From Somniosus microcephalus (lineage: Eukaryota), in contig JBMRGM010000038.1 in assembly GCA_052327205.1 (NCBI GenBank), positions 9,300,001 to 9,364,000 on the forward strand: a stretch of DNA of 64,000 nucleotides. Direction: 5' to 3'. Position 1 is the first letter of the stretch. The number at the start of each line of letters is the position of its first letter. Below, piece by piece: positions 12,470 to 25,161 of this stretch. Made by a program: the position numbers and the translations under genes. Below the pieces are notes generated by a model. It was not told the DNA's origin. It saw nothing but the letters and a program-made list of their open reading frames with translations, and searched no databases.

Positions 12470-13160
12470 TCCCGGTGTGGTACTGAGCCCCACACAACAG
12501 AATGTGATCAGTTTCCTTCCTCGGCCTTGGGCCTGTTAGTTTATTGCAGGCGGTGTGGTACTGAGCCCCACAAAGAACAGGGAATGCCCAGGCTCCATCA
12601 CCGGTCTGTGTTGTGTTACTCCATCTCAAGCAGTGTGTTATTGAGCTGCACACAGTAGGAAGGGCCCAGGCACCATCCCCGGCCTGTGGTGTGTTACTCC
12701 ATCTCAAGCAGTGCGGTACTGAGCCCCACAGAGTAGGAAGGGCCCAGGATCTATCCCCGGCCTGTGGTGTGTTACTCCATCTCAAGCAGTGTGTTACTGA
12801 GCCCCACAGAGAAGGAAGGGCCCAGGCTTCATATCCAGCCTGTGGTGTGTGACTCCCTCACAAGCAGTGCGGTACTGAGCCCCACAGAGTAGGAAGGGCC
12901 CAGGCTTCATCCTCGGCCTGTGGTGTGTTACTCCATCTCAAGCAGTGTGTTACTGAGCCCAACATAGTAGGAAGGGCCCAGGCCCCAACCCGGCCTGTGG
13001 TGTGTTACTCCATCTCAAGCAGTGTGTTACTGAGCCCCACAGAGTAGGAAGGGCCCAGGATCTATCCCCGGCCTGTGCTGTGTTACTCCATCTCAAGCAG
13101 TGTGACACTGAGCCCCATGCAGACATGGAAGGGTCAAGGCTCCATTGCAGGCCTGTGGTA
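12470..13160. repeat. 78-bp minisatellite, about 8-9 copies
   Basis: Unit ccggcctgtggtgtgttactccatctcaagcagtgtgttactgagccccacagagtaggaagggcccagg... recurs at about 12601, 12679, 12757, 12835, 12913, 12989 and 13067. Confidence 0.95.
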
Positions 13161-13254
13161 TGTTCGTTGTTCGGTGTGCTCCTGACCCATAAAGTGCAGA
13201 AAGGGCAGCGTCCCATCAGCGGCCTAGTTTTCTGGTGTATCTTTGGACCAAGGT

Positions 13255-13990
13255 GGTAATGAGATCTGGAGCAGTGTGGTCCTGGCGGAACTGAAACTGA
13301 GCTTCAGTGAGCAGGTTATTGGTGAGTAAGAGCCGCTTGCTAGCACGGCTGATGACACCTTCTGTCACTTTGCTGATGATTCTAAGTAGACAAATGAGGC
13401 AATAACTGGCTAGATTCGATTTGTTCTCCTTTTTATGAACGGTCCATACCTGGGCAGTTTACCACTTGTTCATGCAGGTGCCAGTGTTGTAGCTTGGCTA
13501 GAGGCGTGGCTAGGTCTGGAACACAATTCTTCAGGACTACAGACGGGATGTTATCGGGTCCCATAGTCTTTGATTTAGCCAGTACGCTCAGTCGTTTCTT
13601 GATATCACGTGGGATGATTCGAATTGGCTGAAGATTGGCTTCTGTGATGGTGCGGACCTCAGATGGAGGGCGAGATGGATCATCCACTCGGCGCTTCTGG
13701 CTGTGCTCTGCCATCACTGAGGATGGGGATGTTGATGGAGCCTCCTCCCCTCGTTAGTTGTATAATTGTCCACCATCATTCGAGACTGGATGTGCAGGAC
13801 TGCAGTTCTTTGATCTGATGCATTGGATTTGTGATCGCTTTGCATGTTGCTTCTGCTGTCTATAGCATGTTACTTCAGCTGTTTACCATGTATGCAGTCC
13901 TGTGTTGCAGCTGCACCACGTATGCACCTCATTTTATGTCCAGCTGATGCTGCACCTGGCATGTGCTTCTACACGCTTCATTGAACCAGT
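13255..13990 (-). mobile_element. Zenon-like CR1-group LINE fragment
   Basis: MGPDNIPSVVLKNCVPDLATPLAKL; homologous to 3090-3420 and 45900-46160. Confidence 0.8.
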
Positions 13991-15717
13991 AATGCAGAGG
14001 TGGGGGATGTCATTAAAAGGGAAATTAGAGAAGCGTGCAATAAGGGCACAGTAGTCATCATGGGTGACTTTAATCTACATATAGATTGGGAGAACCAAAT
14101 TAGTAACAATACTGTGGAGGAGGAATTCCTGTAATGTTTACCGGACAGTTTCCTGGACCAATATGTCGAGGAACCAACTACAGATCAGGCCATCTTAGAC
14201 TGGGTATTATGTAACGAGAAAGGATTAATTAGCAATCTTGTTGTACGAGGCCCCTTGGGTCGGAACGATCATAATATGATGGAAATCATCATTAAGATGG
14301 ACAATGAAGTAGTTGACTCAGAGACTAGGGTCCTCAATTTAAATAAAGGAAACTATGATGGTCTGAGGCGCGAGTTGGGTAGGATTGATTGGGGAATGTC
14401 ACTCAAAGGGTTGACGGTAGATAGGCAATGGCAAACATTCAAAGACTGCATGGATGCACTACAGAATTTGTTCATCCCAGTTTGGAATAAAAATAAAACA
14501 AAGAAGGTGATTCAACCGTGGCTAACAAGGGAAATTAGGGATAGCATAAGATCCAAGGAGAGGACATATAAATTGGCCAGAAAAAGCAATAAACCTGAGG
14601 ATTGGGAGCAGTTTAGGATTCAACAAAGGAGGACAAAGGGATTAATTAAGAAATGGAAAATAGAATATGAGAGTAAGCTTGCAGGGAACATAAAAATTGA
14701 CTGTAAAAGCTTTTATAAATATGTGAAGAGAAAAAAATTGGTGAAGTCAAACGTAGGTCCCTTGCAGTCAGAATTAGGGGAATTTATAATGGGGAACAAA
14801 GGAATGGCAGACCAATTAAATACATATTTTGGTTCTGTCTTCACAAAGGAGGACACAAATAACCTCCCAGAGGTGAAAGGGAGGAACTGAAAGAAATCAG
14901 TATTTGTAGGGAAATGGTGTTGGGGAAATTGATGGGATTGAAGGACGATAAATCCCCAGGGCCTGATAATCTACATCCAAGGGTACTTAAGGAAGTGGCA
15001 ATAGAAATAGTAGATGCATTGCTGATCATCTTCCAACATTCAATGTAATCTGGAACAGTACCCATGGTTTGGAGGGTAGCTAATGTTACCCCACTATTCA
15101 AAAAAGGTGGTAGAGAGAAAATGGGGAATTACAGACTGGTAAGCCTCACATCGGTAGTGGGGAAAATGCTCGAGTCCATTATAAAAGATGTACTAGCAGA
15201 GCACTTGGAAAACAGTCACAGGATCGGACAAAGTCAACATGGATTTACAAAAGGTAAATCGTGCTTGACTAATCTACTGGAAATTTTTGAGGATGCAACT
15301 GGTAAAATAGATAAGGGAGAATCAGTGGATGTGGTGTATTTGGACTTTCAGACGGCTTTCGATAAGGTCCCGCATAAGAGATTAGTATGTAAAGTTAAGG
15401 CACATGGGAATGGGGCAAGATATTGACTTGGATAGAGAACCAGTTGGCAGACAGAAAGCAATGAGTTGGAATAAACTGGTCTTTTTCTGAGTGGCAGGCT
15501 GTGACTAGTGGGGTACCGCAGGGATCGGTCCTTGGACCCCAGCTACTCACAATATATAGTAATGATCTAGACAAGGGAACTAGATGTAATATCTCCAAAT
15601 TTGCAGATGACGTAAAGCTGGGTGGGCGTGTGTGCAATGAGCATGATGCCGAGAAAAAACAGGATGATTTGGACAGGTTGGGTGATTGTGCAGAAGCATG
15701 GCAGATGCAATATAACT

Positions 15718-16461
15718 TGTATTGTGCCCTTGCAGCGCGTTCCTATGCAGAGCTAGACAGGTAGCTAACAACTTGATATCTTCCCATAAAAATCACAAGG
15801 CTTGACTTTTCTTGTAAACTTTACTGAAAGATTCTTATTGTGAAACTGAAATACAATACAGAAGTGGAAGCATACATTAGTACACAAGCACATAACTGAT
15901 ATGCATACACGTTAAACTTAGGTAAGCATGAGCAACACAGTACATTTGGCATGTAACTTACCAAAACACGTGAAAACACAGCTTACTGTGAATATACATT
16001 TAGCAAACTGAAAGGCATTCTATTACATTCACTTTGAATTAGCCCTGTACATAGTGCATCAAAATAAAGCTACAAGCTAACCAGCTAGACACAGGGAGCG
16101 AGCAATTCACGGCTAGCTGTGTAGGTTTGCTTACACAGAAAGGTTACAAAACTAAACATTTTCTGCAAAATAAAGTGTACACTGATCAACTATAACATTC
16201 TGAACTACTTACAGACAAATAGTGTCCAAGGCCGAAACGTAACAAGAAAATAACTTCCAAGACCATGTGTCAAGCTGCAGGTCTTGTGATATACAGCAAT
16301 TTACTTTACAGCACTTACTTTACTGCACTTTACTGCGCTTTACGGCACTTGCTATGTACCAAATACCCACTAGGTGGCGGCACACAATGGGAATCGACGC
16401 AACTTAATTAAACCCCTGAATTAACTTGAAAACCAACATAAGTTCCTAAAGGAAGGCAGCA
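15718..16461 (-). repeat. BEL/Pao 3' LTR (744 bp)
   Basis: tgtattgtgcccttgcagcgc...ggaaggcagca; near-identical to 20942-21669. Confidence 0.93.
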
Positions 16462-16513
16462 CACTCCCCGCTTGGTACAATTCCATTGCACCACTACAGA
16501 TACAAAATAAAAC

Positions 16514-19500
16514 CTAAAAAAACGTCCTTTGGCTGCAAACATACTCAGAGCCCTTTCTCCAGGTTTCTTCAGAAAGGAGGACTATGATCTCTGAGACTGG
16601 CCTCAGAAACACTTTGACAGTCCCCTCCTTGACAATCTTCACCTCCACCTTGCGGACCCTCTTGCCCCTGCTTGGCAGAGTTTTGACAACCAGTCCCACT
16701 GGCCATTCATTTCTGTGTGCTTGGCTGTCTTACAGCAAGACAACATCTCCCACTTTGACATTTGGCTTGTGTTCTGTCCATTTCCTATGGCTCTGTGGGG
16801 TGGACAAATACTCTCCTCTCCATCTCTTCCAAAAAGGTGTCTGCAAGGCACTGGACTTGCTTCCACTGCTTCCCGTGCAGCTCAGCCATGTCGAATTTTC
16901 CAGAGGGGGCTGAAATGGCACTCATCTTTTGAGTCAGGAGCATCGCTGTGGTGAGGACTGCAGGCATGTCTGGGTCGGTGGGCACCGGCACCAGGGGTCT
17001 TGCATTCATGATCGACATGACTTCAGCCACGAGAGTGCTCAAAACGTCGTGTGAGAGACAATTGGGTCCCGTCCAAAGCAGCACAGCGTCCAGATTTTGC
17101 CTGGCAACACCGATGAGCCTCTCCCATGAACCACCCATGTGGGATGAATGCGGGGGGTTAAACATCCACGTGCATCCTTTCTTTTGCCGGTCTTCGAGAG
17201 CCTTCAAGGACTCCTTCCATAGGTTTCTTTTTGCTTCTTTTTCTGGGAGGAGTGGAGCATCCCACTCACTCTGATCAGATGAGAGCTCCCGTACTAATGC
17301 TTTTCCTTGCATTGTTATGGGAGCTACGAACCCCAGAGGGTCATACAAACTGTTGACTGTGGACAGGACACCACTCCGTGTGAATTGCCTGTCTTCACGG
17401 GACACCAGGAATTAGAAGCTGTCTGTTTCCAGGTTCCAGGAGAGTCCCAGGCTCCGTTGAAGGGGGAGAGGATCCACTCCAAGGTGCAAATCCTTCAGAT
17501 CCTTAGCACGGTCCTCTGCAGGGAAGGCTACCATCACCTGTCCACTATTCGATGCTACTTTGTGTAGTCTCAGGTTGGGCTCTGCCAACATCTCTCTGGT
17601 TCTTGTCAGGAGATCTATTGCTTCTTCAGGTGTGGTAACCGAGGTGAGACCATCGTCAACATAGAACTGTCTCTCAACAAAATGCTTCGCATCGGAGCCA
17701 TATTCCTGCTCACCTTTCTGAATGGCTCACCTCATGCAGTAGATGGCCACAGCAGGTGAAGGGCTGCTTCCAAACACGTGGACCTTCATCCTGTACTCTA
17801 CCACATTCTTGTTGATGTCGTTGTCCTGATGCCAGAGGTAGCGGAGATAGTCCCTGTGGTCTTCTCGGACGACAAAACAATAAAACATTTGCTGCACATC
17901 TGCTGTCGGGGCTATAGGTTCTTTCCTGAACCGCAGAAGAACTCCCAACAAGGTGTTGTTCAAGTCTGGGCCGCTGAGGAGTACATCGTTCAGAAACACT
18001 CCTTCACATTCAGCACTCGAATCGAACACAACTCGTAACTGGTCCAGCTTTTGTGGGTGATACACACCGAATGTTGGCAGGTACCAGTGTTCTTTACCTT
18101 CCTCCAGAGGTGGAGCAGGCTCTGCTTGGTCGTTGTCCAGCATCTTCTGCATGAACTCTATGTAATGGCCCTTCATTTCTAGCCTTTTCTCCAGTGTTCT
18201 CCTGAGTGAGCAGAGGCGCTTCATAGCTTGTTCCCTGTTGCTCGGAAGACGGCGTCTAGGAGAGCGAAATGGTAAGGGTGCCACCCAGCTGTGACCATCG
18301 TCCTGGTAAACCTCCTCATTCATGATGGTTAGGAAAGCTTTGTCATCCACGTATAGTGCAGTTTTGTCATCATCCTTGGACCTTTCATACACAGAGTATC
18401 CTAGTCTGTCTGTGCTCACAGTGAGGCCTGCCTCTTCCTCACAGGCAGAGGAGGATGACCTATGATGCTGCGTCATGCCATCGTAGTCTTCCTTTACCTG
18501 GATCCTGTTTGGGCATGGGCTGAGAAAGGATTGCGACCGTTGTGCAACACGTTTGCTTTATATACGTTGGCATCCACTGGTTTGTGGACTGTTCCCAGGC
18601 AAACACCACCCACAAGGACCCATCCCAGGTCAAGCCGCTGTGCATAAGGAGCATTGTGGGGCCTGTTGATTTGCTCACGTACCTTGTGCACCCATAACAT
18701 GTCTCTTCCCAAGAGCAGGAGGATTGGAGCGTTCGGGTTCACAGCTGGAATCTTGTTGGCAACTGGCTGTAGGTGGGGCTGATGGCGTGCGACCCCTGGG
18801 AAGGGAATTTCTGTCCTATCATCTGGCATCATGTCACACTCAATTAAGGTGGGGAGGGGAAGATGTAGTTTCCCATCCATGGACTCGATTATGAAGTTGC
18901 CAACTCTCCTACCCGTAGTCTCTGTTGTCCCTGAACAGGTTTTTAGCGTGTACGGAGCTGCGCTGGCCTTGACTTCAAAGAGATTGAAGAATTCTGTCTT
19001 CGCCAGAGACTTGTTACTTTGCTCAAGCACTGCATACATCTTGATTGCCTTCTCCTTTCCCTCTGTAGGATATGCTTTAACCAAGCAGATTTTAGAGCAT
19101 GAGCATGGGCTGCTTGCATTTCCACAAACCTCTGTACACTTGGAGGTGACTGAAGAAGATGCGCTTTTGCTTTGCTCCCTGCTATCCTCTTTGTTAACCG
19201 CACCACCCTCGGTGGTCGAAGGAGGAGGACCTGGAAGCATGGCTGCGATGTGTTTTTCACTGTTGTACTTGAAGCACTTGATTGTCGCCTTGCAGTCTTT
19301 TGCCATGTGCATAGTCGATCCACAACACCTGAAGCAGATGCAATTCTCTTTCAGGTACGATTTGCGCTCATCAATAGGCTTGCATCTAAAGCTTCGACAC
19401 TTTTTGAGCGGGTGGGGCTTCTTGTGTATTGGACACTGACGATCTGGGTCATCCACTTTATTCCCAGCAGAACTGGATTGGTTGACTGAGGGTTCGGCTG

Positions 19501-20886
19501 GAACATTTGTTTTGTGCACGCTCACAGAGGCCTTGTTGCTGTACTTCGTGGGTTTCTCTGTTCTCGAAGGAGCGTGACTGCTGGAGGTGGAGAAAGTGAA
19601 ATTTGGATCATTCCTCACCTTTGCCTGTTGTTGGACGAACCTGGAGAAGAGAGAGAAGGGAGGAAATGCCACTCCGTAGTCCTCCTTGTACTTGGATCCC
19701 TTAGCTATCCATTTCTCTTGAAGGTTGTAGGGGAGCTTTTCCACTATTGGGATTACCCCACGAGCTGTATCCAAATACGAGAGACCTGTCGGGTAACCTT
19801 CTCCCTTAGCACACTCCAGTTCGAGGAGAATGTCACCCAGTTCTCGACGCTCGACATTATCTTTGTTGGTTAGCTTCGGAAAGTCCTCAATCTTCTTAAG
19901 CAGTGCGTGTTCAATGACTTCTGGTTTCCCATAACAGTCTTCGAGACATTGCCAAACCATGTTGAGGCCTGCTGTGGGATTGCTGACGTGCACTGGGCGA
20001 ATTCTCTTCGCCTATTCTGACGACTCAGCTCCGAGCCACTTTGTCATCAAATCTAGTTCTTCTCTGGCTGACAGATTCAAGTCCTTGGTGGTACTCAGGA
20101 AGGACGCTTTCCATGACCAATAATTTTCAAGACGGTCATCAAATTCTGGAAGACCTGAACTTAACAATTCTCGGCAGATGAGGTACCTAGCGAGGTTTTG
20201 TGCACCTTGTGGCTCGGGTAAGGACTGCTTGGCTGGATTGGCCGAGTGCTGTGGAGGTCTCTGCAGGTAAGTCTTACTTGCTTCTTCTCTTTTAAGCTCA
20301 GTGTCTCCGAAAACAGGCTGTTTGTTACTGTGGTGAGTAGTTGGTTCTGCATCAAGATACCTGGATATTTTGTGTGAGTCTGCTGGCTTGTGTTTCGATG
20401 ATGCTTCCTTGAAGAACATTTGGAGTGTTGTTGGACATACTCACTTGTACGTTGCACTGGACTGAGGGGCAGTTCCAGAACATATGATTCATGGCTGTGC
20501 TCCCCGCCTTCATTCTGCTCACCTTCTTCATAAGCTGCAGCTTCAGCTTCGGCGGCAGCGGCAGCTCTCTGGCTTTGTAGAATGCGGAAACTGGCGTCGA
20601 GGTCAGCTCTCTGCTTCATCACACTGGCGTCGAGGTCAGCTCTCTGCTTCATCACACTAGCTTCTTTTTCAGCGAAGGACAATTGAGCCTGGGCAGCTTT
20701 TGCCTTGGCATGCGCTTTGGTGGCTGCAGAAGCTGTCGATGACGATGGTCTGCTAGACCGCCGAGATGATCTAGAGGATGCTTTAGAGGACTGTGACTTG
20801 GCATCATTTGCTCGAAGCGGCTCATGCTTCTCAGTTGTCTGGTCGACATCCTCTATGGTATATTGTCTCCATGAGCATAGGCACAT
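16514..20886 (-). pseudogene. BEL/Pao gag-pol polyprotein, frameshifted
   Basis: ORFs 20161..20886, 20012..20419, 18494..19993 (Gag, CPIHKKPH, CFRCC, protease YAVLEQSNKSL), 17727..18476 (RT), 16785..17405, 16514..16921 (IN C-terminus). Confidence 0.9.
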
Positions 20887-20941
20887 GGTAGCTGGGTGCT
20901 ATCTTCTTGTGCTTCAGCCCGCTGTGCTGTTGTCTTTTCAC

Positions 20942-21669
20942 TATTCTGCCCTTGCAGCGCGTTCCTATGCAGAGCTAGACAGGTAGCTAACAACTTGATA
21001 TCTTCCCATAAAATCACAAGGCTTGACTTTTCTTGTAAACTTTACTGAAAGTTTCTTATTGTGAAACTGAAATACAATACAGAAGTGGAAGCATACATTA
21101 GTACACAAGCACATAACTGATATGCATACACAAACTTAGTTAAGCATGAGCAACACAGTTCATTTGGCATGTAACTTACAAAAACACGTGAAAACACAGC
21201 TTACTGTGAATATACATTTAGCAAACTGAAAGGCATTCTCTTACATTCACTTTGAATTAGCCCTGTGCATAGTGCATCAAAATACAGCTACAAGCTAACC
21301 AGCTAGAAACAGAGAGCGAGCAATTCACGGCTAGCTGTGTAGGTTTGCTTACAGAGAAAGGTTACAAAACTAAACATTTTCTGCAAAATATAGTGTACAC
21401 TAATCATCTATAACATTCTCAAGTACTTACAGACAAATAATGTCCAAGGCCGAAACGTAACAAGAAAATAACTTCCAAGACCATGTGTCGAGCTGCAGGT
21501 CTTGTGATATAGAGCAATTTACTTTACAGCACTTACTTTACGGCACTTTACTGCACTTGCTAGGTACCAAATATCCACTAGGTGGCGGCACACAATGGAA
21601 ATCGACCAAAATTAATTAAACCCCTGAATTAACTTGAAAACCAACATGAGTTCCTAAAGGAAGGCAGCA
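20942..21669 (-). repeat. BEL/Pao 5' LTR (about 728 bp)
   Basis: Same sequence as 15718-16461 with scattered substitutions and one fewer 11-bp ctttactgca-type unit. Confidence 0.93.
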
Positions 21670-22689
21670 TAACGTGGATAAATGTGAGCTTATGCACTTT
21701 GGTGGCACAAAAATAGGAAGACAGATTTTTATCTGAATGGCAATAGATTGGGAGAAGGGGAAGTGCAACGAGACCTGGTTGTCCTTGTGCACCAGTCGCC
21801 GAAGGTAATCATGCAGGTGCAGCAGGTGGTTAAGAAGGCAAATGGTATGTTGGCATTCGTAGTGAGAGGGTTCGTGTACAGGAACAAGGATGTCTTGCTG
21901 CAGTTGTACAGGGCCTTGGTGAGACCACATCTTGAGTATGGTGTGCAGTTTTGGTCTTCTTATCTGAGGAAGGATTTCCTTGCCATGGAAGGAGTTGAGC
22001 GAAGATTCACCAGGCTCATACCTAGGATGGCAGGAGTGACGTATGAGGAGAGATTGGGTCGATTGGGCTTTTACTCACTGGAGTTTAGAAGAATGAGAGG
22101 CGATCTCATGAAACTTATAAAATTCTGACAGGACTGAACAGACTAGATGCAGGAAGGATGTTCCCGATAGTCGCGGAGTCCAGAACCAGGGGTCACAGTC
22201 TAAGGATAAGGGGTAGGCCATATAGGTCAGAAATTAGGTGGAATTTCTTCACCCAGAGAGTGGTGAACCTGTGGAATTCTCTACCACAGAAGGCAGTAGA
22301 GGCCAATACATTAAATATATTCAAGAATTAGTTGGATATTTTTCTAAAACTAAAGGGATCAAGGGGTATGGGGAGAAAGCAGGGACCATGTACTGAATTT
22401 GGATGATCAGCCTTGATCGCATTGAATGGCGGAGCAGGCTCGAGGGTCCGAATGGCCTACTCCTGCTCCTATCTTCTATGTTTCTATATTTCTATATTTC
22501 TATGGTTGGTCCCCAGTCTTGATGATAATTGTAGATTGAGTGATATGCCATGCATGAGATTACAGATTGTGCTGGAATACAATTCTGCTGCAGCTGCTGG
22601 CCCACAGCACCTCATGGATATCTGGTTTTAAAGCTGCTAGATCGGTTCCGCATCTCTCTAATTGAGCTCGGTGCTGGTGCTGCACAACT

Positions 22690-23320
22690 CAATTGCATCA
22701 AACCGCTACGACAGACATTAATATGAACAAAACTGCATGGACCCCCCATCATTGACCTAGGTACCAGATTCGGCATTACAACAGCCAGCCCCGTCAACCC
22801 TGCAAACTCCTCGTCACTAATATCTGCGGACATCTACCAAAATTGGAAGAGCTGTCAGCCTGACTTTGTCAAACTCACGGAGGCATAAATTTCTGTTAAC
22901 GTCTCAGACCCTTCCATCAGCATCGCTGGACTTTCCTGACCCACCGGCAGGACAGACCCACCAGATGTGCCTACACATCGGTATCCAGTGAGAAAAAAGT
23001 GGCCCTGGGAGACCTCAACATTGACTCCAGGCCATCGTCTTATGGCATCAGGTCAAACATGGGCAAGCACCCTCCTGCTCATTGTCATATACCGTCCACC
23101 CCTCAGCTGATGAATCCGTGCTCCTCCATGTTGAACATCACTAGAATGAAGCACTGAGCATAGCAAGGGTGCACAATGTATTCTGGGTGGCAGACTTCAA
23201 TGTCAATCACCCCGTGTGGCTCGGTAGCACCACCACTGATCGAGCTGGCTTAGTCCTGAAGGACAGAGCTGCGAGACTGGTTCTCTGGCAGGTGGTGAGC
23301 GAGCCAACACGAGGGAAATA
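22690..23320 (+). mobile_element. Zenon-like LINE 5' UTR and endonuclease fragment
   Basis: Decayed endonuclease motifs (N-terminal NI.G..PKLEELS, DFNV); its start is an inverted homolog of 23330-23500. Confidence 0.7.
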
Positions 23321-23329
23321 GATTCTGTG

Positions 23330-23720
23330 AGTATGACAATGTCAGGCTCTTCCAATTTTGGCACAAGTCCACAGATGTTAGTGATGAAGACTTTGCAGGT
23401 TTGACTGGGCGTGCCATTTTAAAGCCAAATCTGGTTCCTAGGCCAATGCTGGGGGGTCCATTCAGTTTTATTCTTATTAATGTGTTTCATAGTGGTTTGA
23501 TACAACTGAGTATCTTGCTGGACCATTTCAGAGGAAAATTAAGAGTCAGCATGCTGCTACGTGTCGGGAATCACATATGGGTCACAACAGCAGATTTCCT
23601 TCCCTAAACGACATTAGTGAACCAGATGTGTTTTTAAATCAATCCGGCAGTTTCATGGTCAGCACTCCAGAATTATTTAATTGAATTTAAATTACTCAGC
23701 TGCCGTGGTGAGATTTGAAC
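23330..23720 (-). mobile_element. 5' end of the Zenon-like LINE with a tRNA-like (B-box) head, truncated by an LTR
   Basis: Reverse strand starts GTTCAAATCTCACCACGGCAGCTG and runs into the endonuclease start (NICGLVPKLEE). Confidence 0.65.
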
Positions 23721-25161
23721 TGTAGGGGGCCATCTTTTAACTGGTTTACGTTAATTTACCTTCCTTTACCTGTTTACGGTAATTTACCTGGTCATGGAGC
23801 TTTTTTCCGCTACACTCTGTGACCAATTCCAATCAGCGATTTCGAATCGCTAAACCACCCCTTCCAGTTCTGACTGGAGGCACTTATAATTAATGATATA
23901 TAAAAAACGGACAAATGATCTGGATGAAAGAAAGTCAAACTTTATTAACTAAATAAACTACACCACATGATCAATGTAATCACTGTAAAATTGCTTAAAC
24001 AGGGGAGGGAAAACGGGCATAACGAGGGAAAACGACTAAAATAACAACTCTTAACGAAATTCCTACTTTACCCCCCACCCCTAAGCCTATCATAAGTTGC
24101 CTTGTGGAAGGTCAGAAAAATATATGCTCACCACTATAATGCCAGCTACCTCCATGCCCTGCGTTCTTAGTTCTTCACTGCCCAGAAGTGAAAAACACCC
24201 CAGTGTTTTAAAAGTAAACTGCTGGTGTTTTTACTTCTTCAGACAGACTTCCACGCTGTAGAAGGCACACGGAGGCAGGCGAGAGAGGGAGATGCTCTGA
24301 GAAGCTATCTCTTATACCCCAATTTTGGGGCTGAAATGTTCCTGCCCAAATCCAGAAGTTTCTGGGCTAAAACACAAGGACCCAGACCGTCCCCTGTCTG
24401 GGATGGGTTTGAATAAAGTTGCCATTGTCTGTGATGGCTATCGAAAAAACTGCAGGGGTTTTGAATGTGTCTTCATTCTGGGGCAGAAATGTTCCCGCCC
24501 AAATCCAAGTTCATCTGGGCTAAAACAAAAGGATCCAAACCATCCCCCCCCCCTTTGTCTAGCAATGGGTGATTCAAACCCATTCAACCTTAAACTGTTC
24601 CTTTTCTTAGTCTCAAAGTCTCTTCCGTAGTTTGGGTGTGTCTCATGGTGTGTGATGGGTTTTGAATGGAGTTGGGTTACTAGGTAAACAGAAGCCCTTT
24701 GTCCTGCGGTCACTGAAACCGCAGCCTAAGTGGATAATCCTTTATGTCAACATAAACAAACATTGATTGCCTCTGAAGGGAAGGGACACTCCCTTTTTGA
24801 TTGACAGGATCTGACTGCCACTGCTTCAACCCTCCACCTTTTCACAGACATCCATGAGCTGCTTCCAAGCCTCTTTGTCCTGGGCCATGCTTTTCTGACG
24901 GCCATTTTTCAATTTACCAAACTCAAGGGTACAAATTTTAAGAAAATGTACTGTCTTAAAGTGTGCAAGTTTTACGCAAAGTTCCTCAATTCGGGTGTTG
25001 TCCATGCGCTGCCCAGCTCAATGCAGCCTTTCGCAGTTCTGGGCACGTTTTAAACACTGTCCAACCCAGAGACAATTTAAAGTCACACAAAACTTCGTCC
25101 ATGATGTGGATTAATATTTCCTGATCTTCGGGGGCTGAGGGGGATTTTGTGAACCCCTACA
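23721..25161 (-). repeat. 3' LTR of element 1 (1441 bp)
   Basis: 8-bp terminal inverted repeat TGTAGGGG/CCCCTACA; minus-strand TATA-like GGGGTATAAGA near 24315 and AATAAA near 23941. Confidence 0.93.

Larger units (their letters stand above)
15718..21669 (-). mobile_element. BEL/Pao LTR retrotransposon, internally deleted
   Basis: Direct LTRs with outer TG..CA ends; imperfect 5-bp TSD TAACT/TAACG; purine tract next to 16461; Gag CCHC knuckles; RT (WYLPTFGVYHP, RVVFD, LNDVLLSGPDL); Pao-type TRSGVLSTVNSLYDPLG; integrase tail GGSWERLIG. Confidence 0.95.
13995..22505 (+). mobile_element. CR1 LINE ORF2 + 3' UTR, split by the BEL/Pao element (segments 13995-15717 and 21670-22505)
   Basis: MGDFN, SPGPD, SQHGF, GVPQGSVLGP, FADD; WQMQYN resumes as VDKCE at 21670; tail (TATGTTTC/TATATTTC)n at about 22476-22505. 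Confidence 0.92.

Noticed and set aside
12470-13160. CRISPR-like regular repeat
   Set aside because: The whole 78-bp unit repeats with no unique spacers; eukaryotic context, no cas genes.
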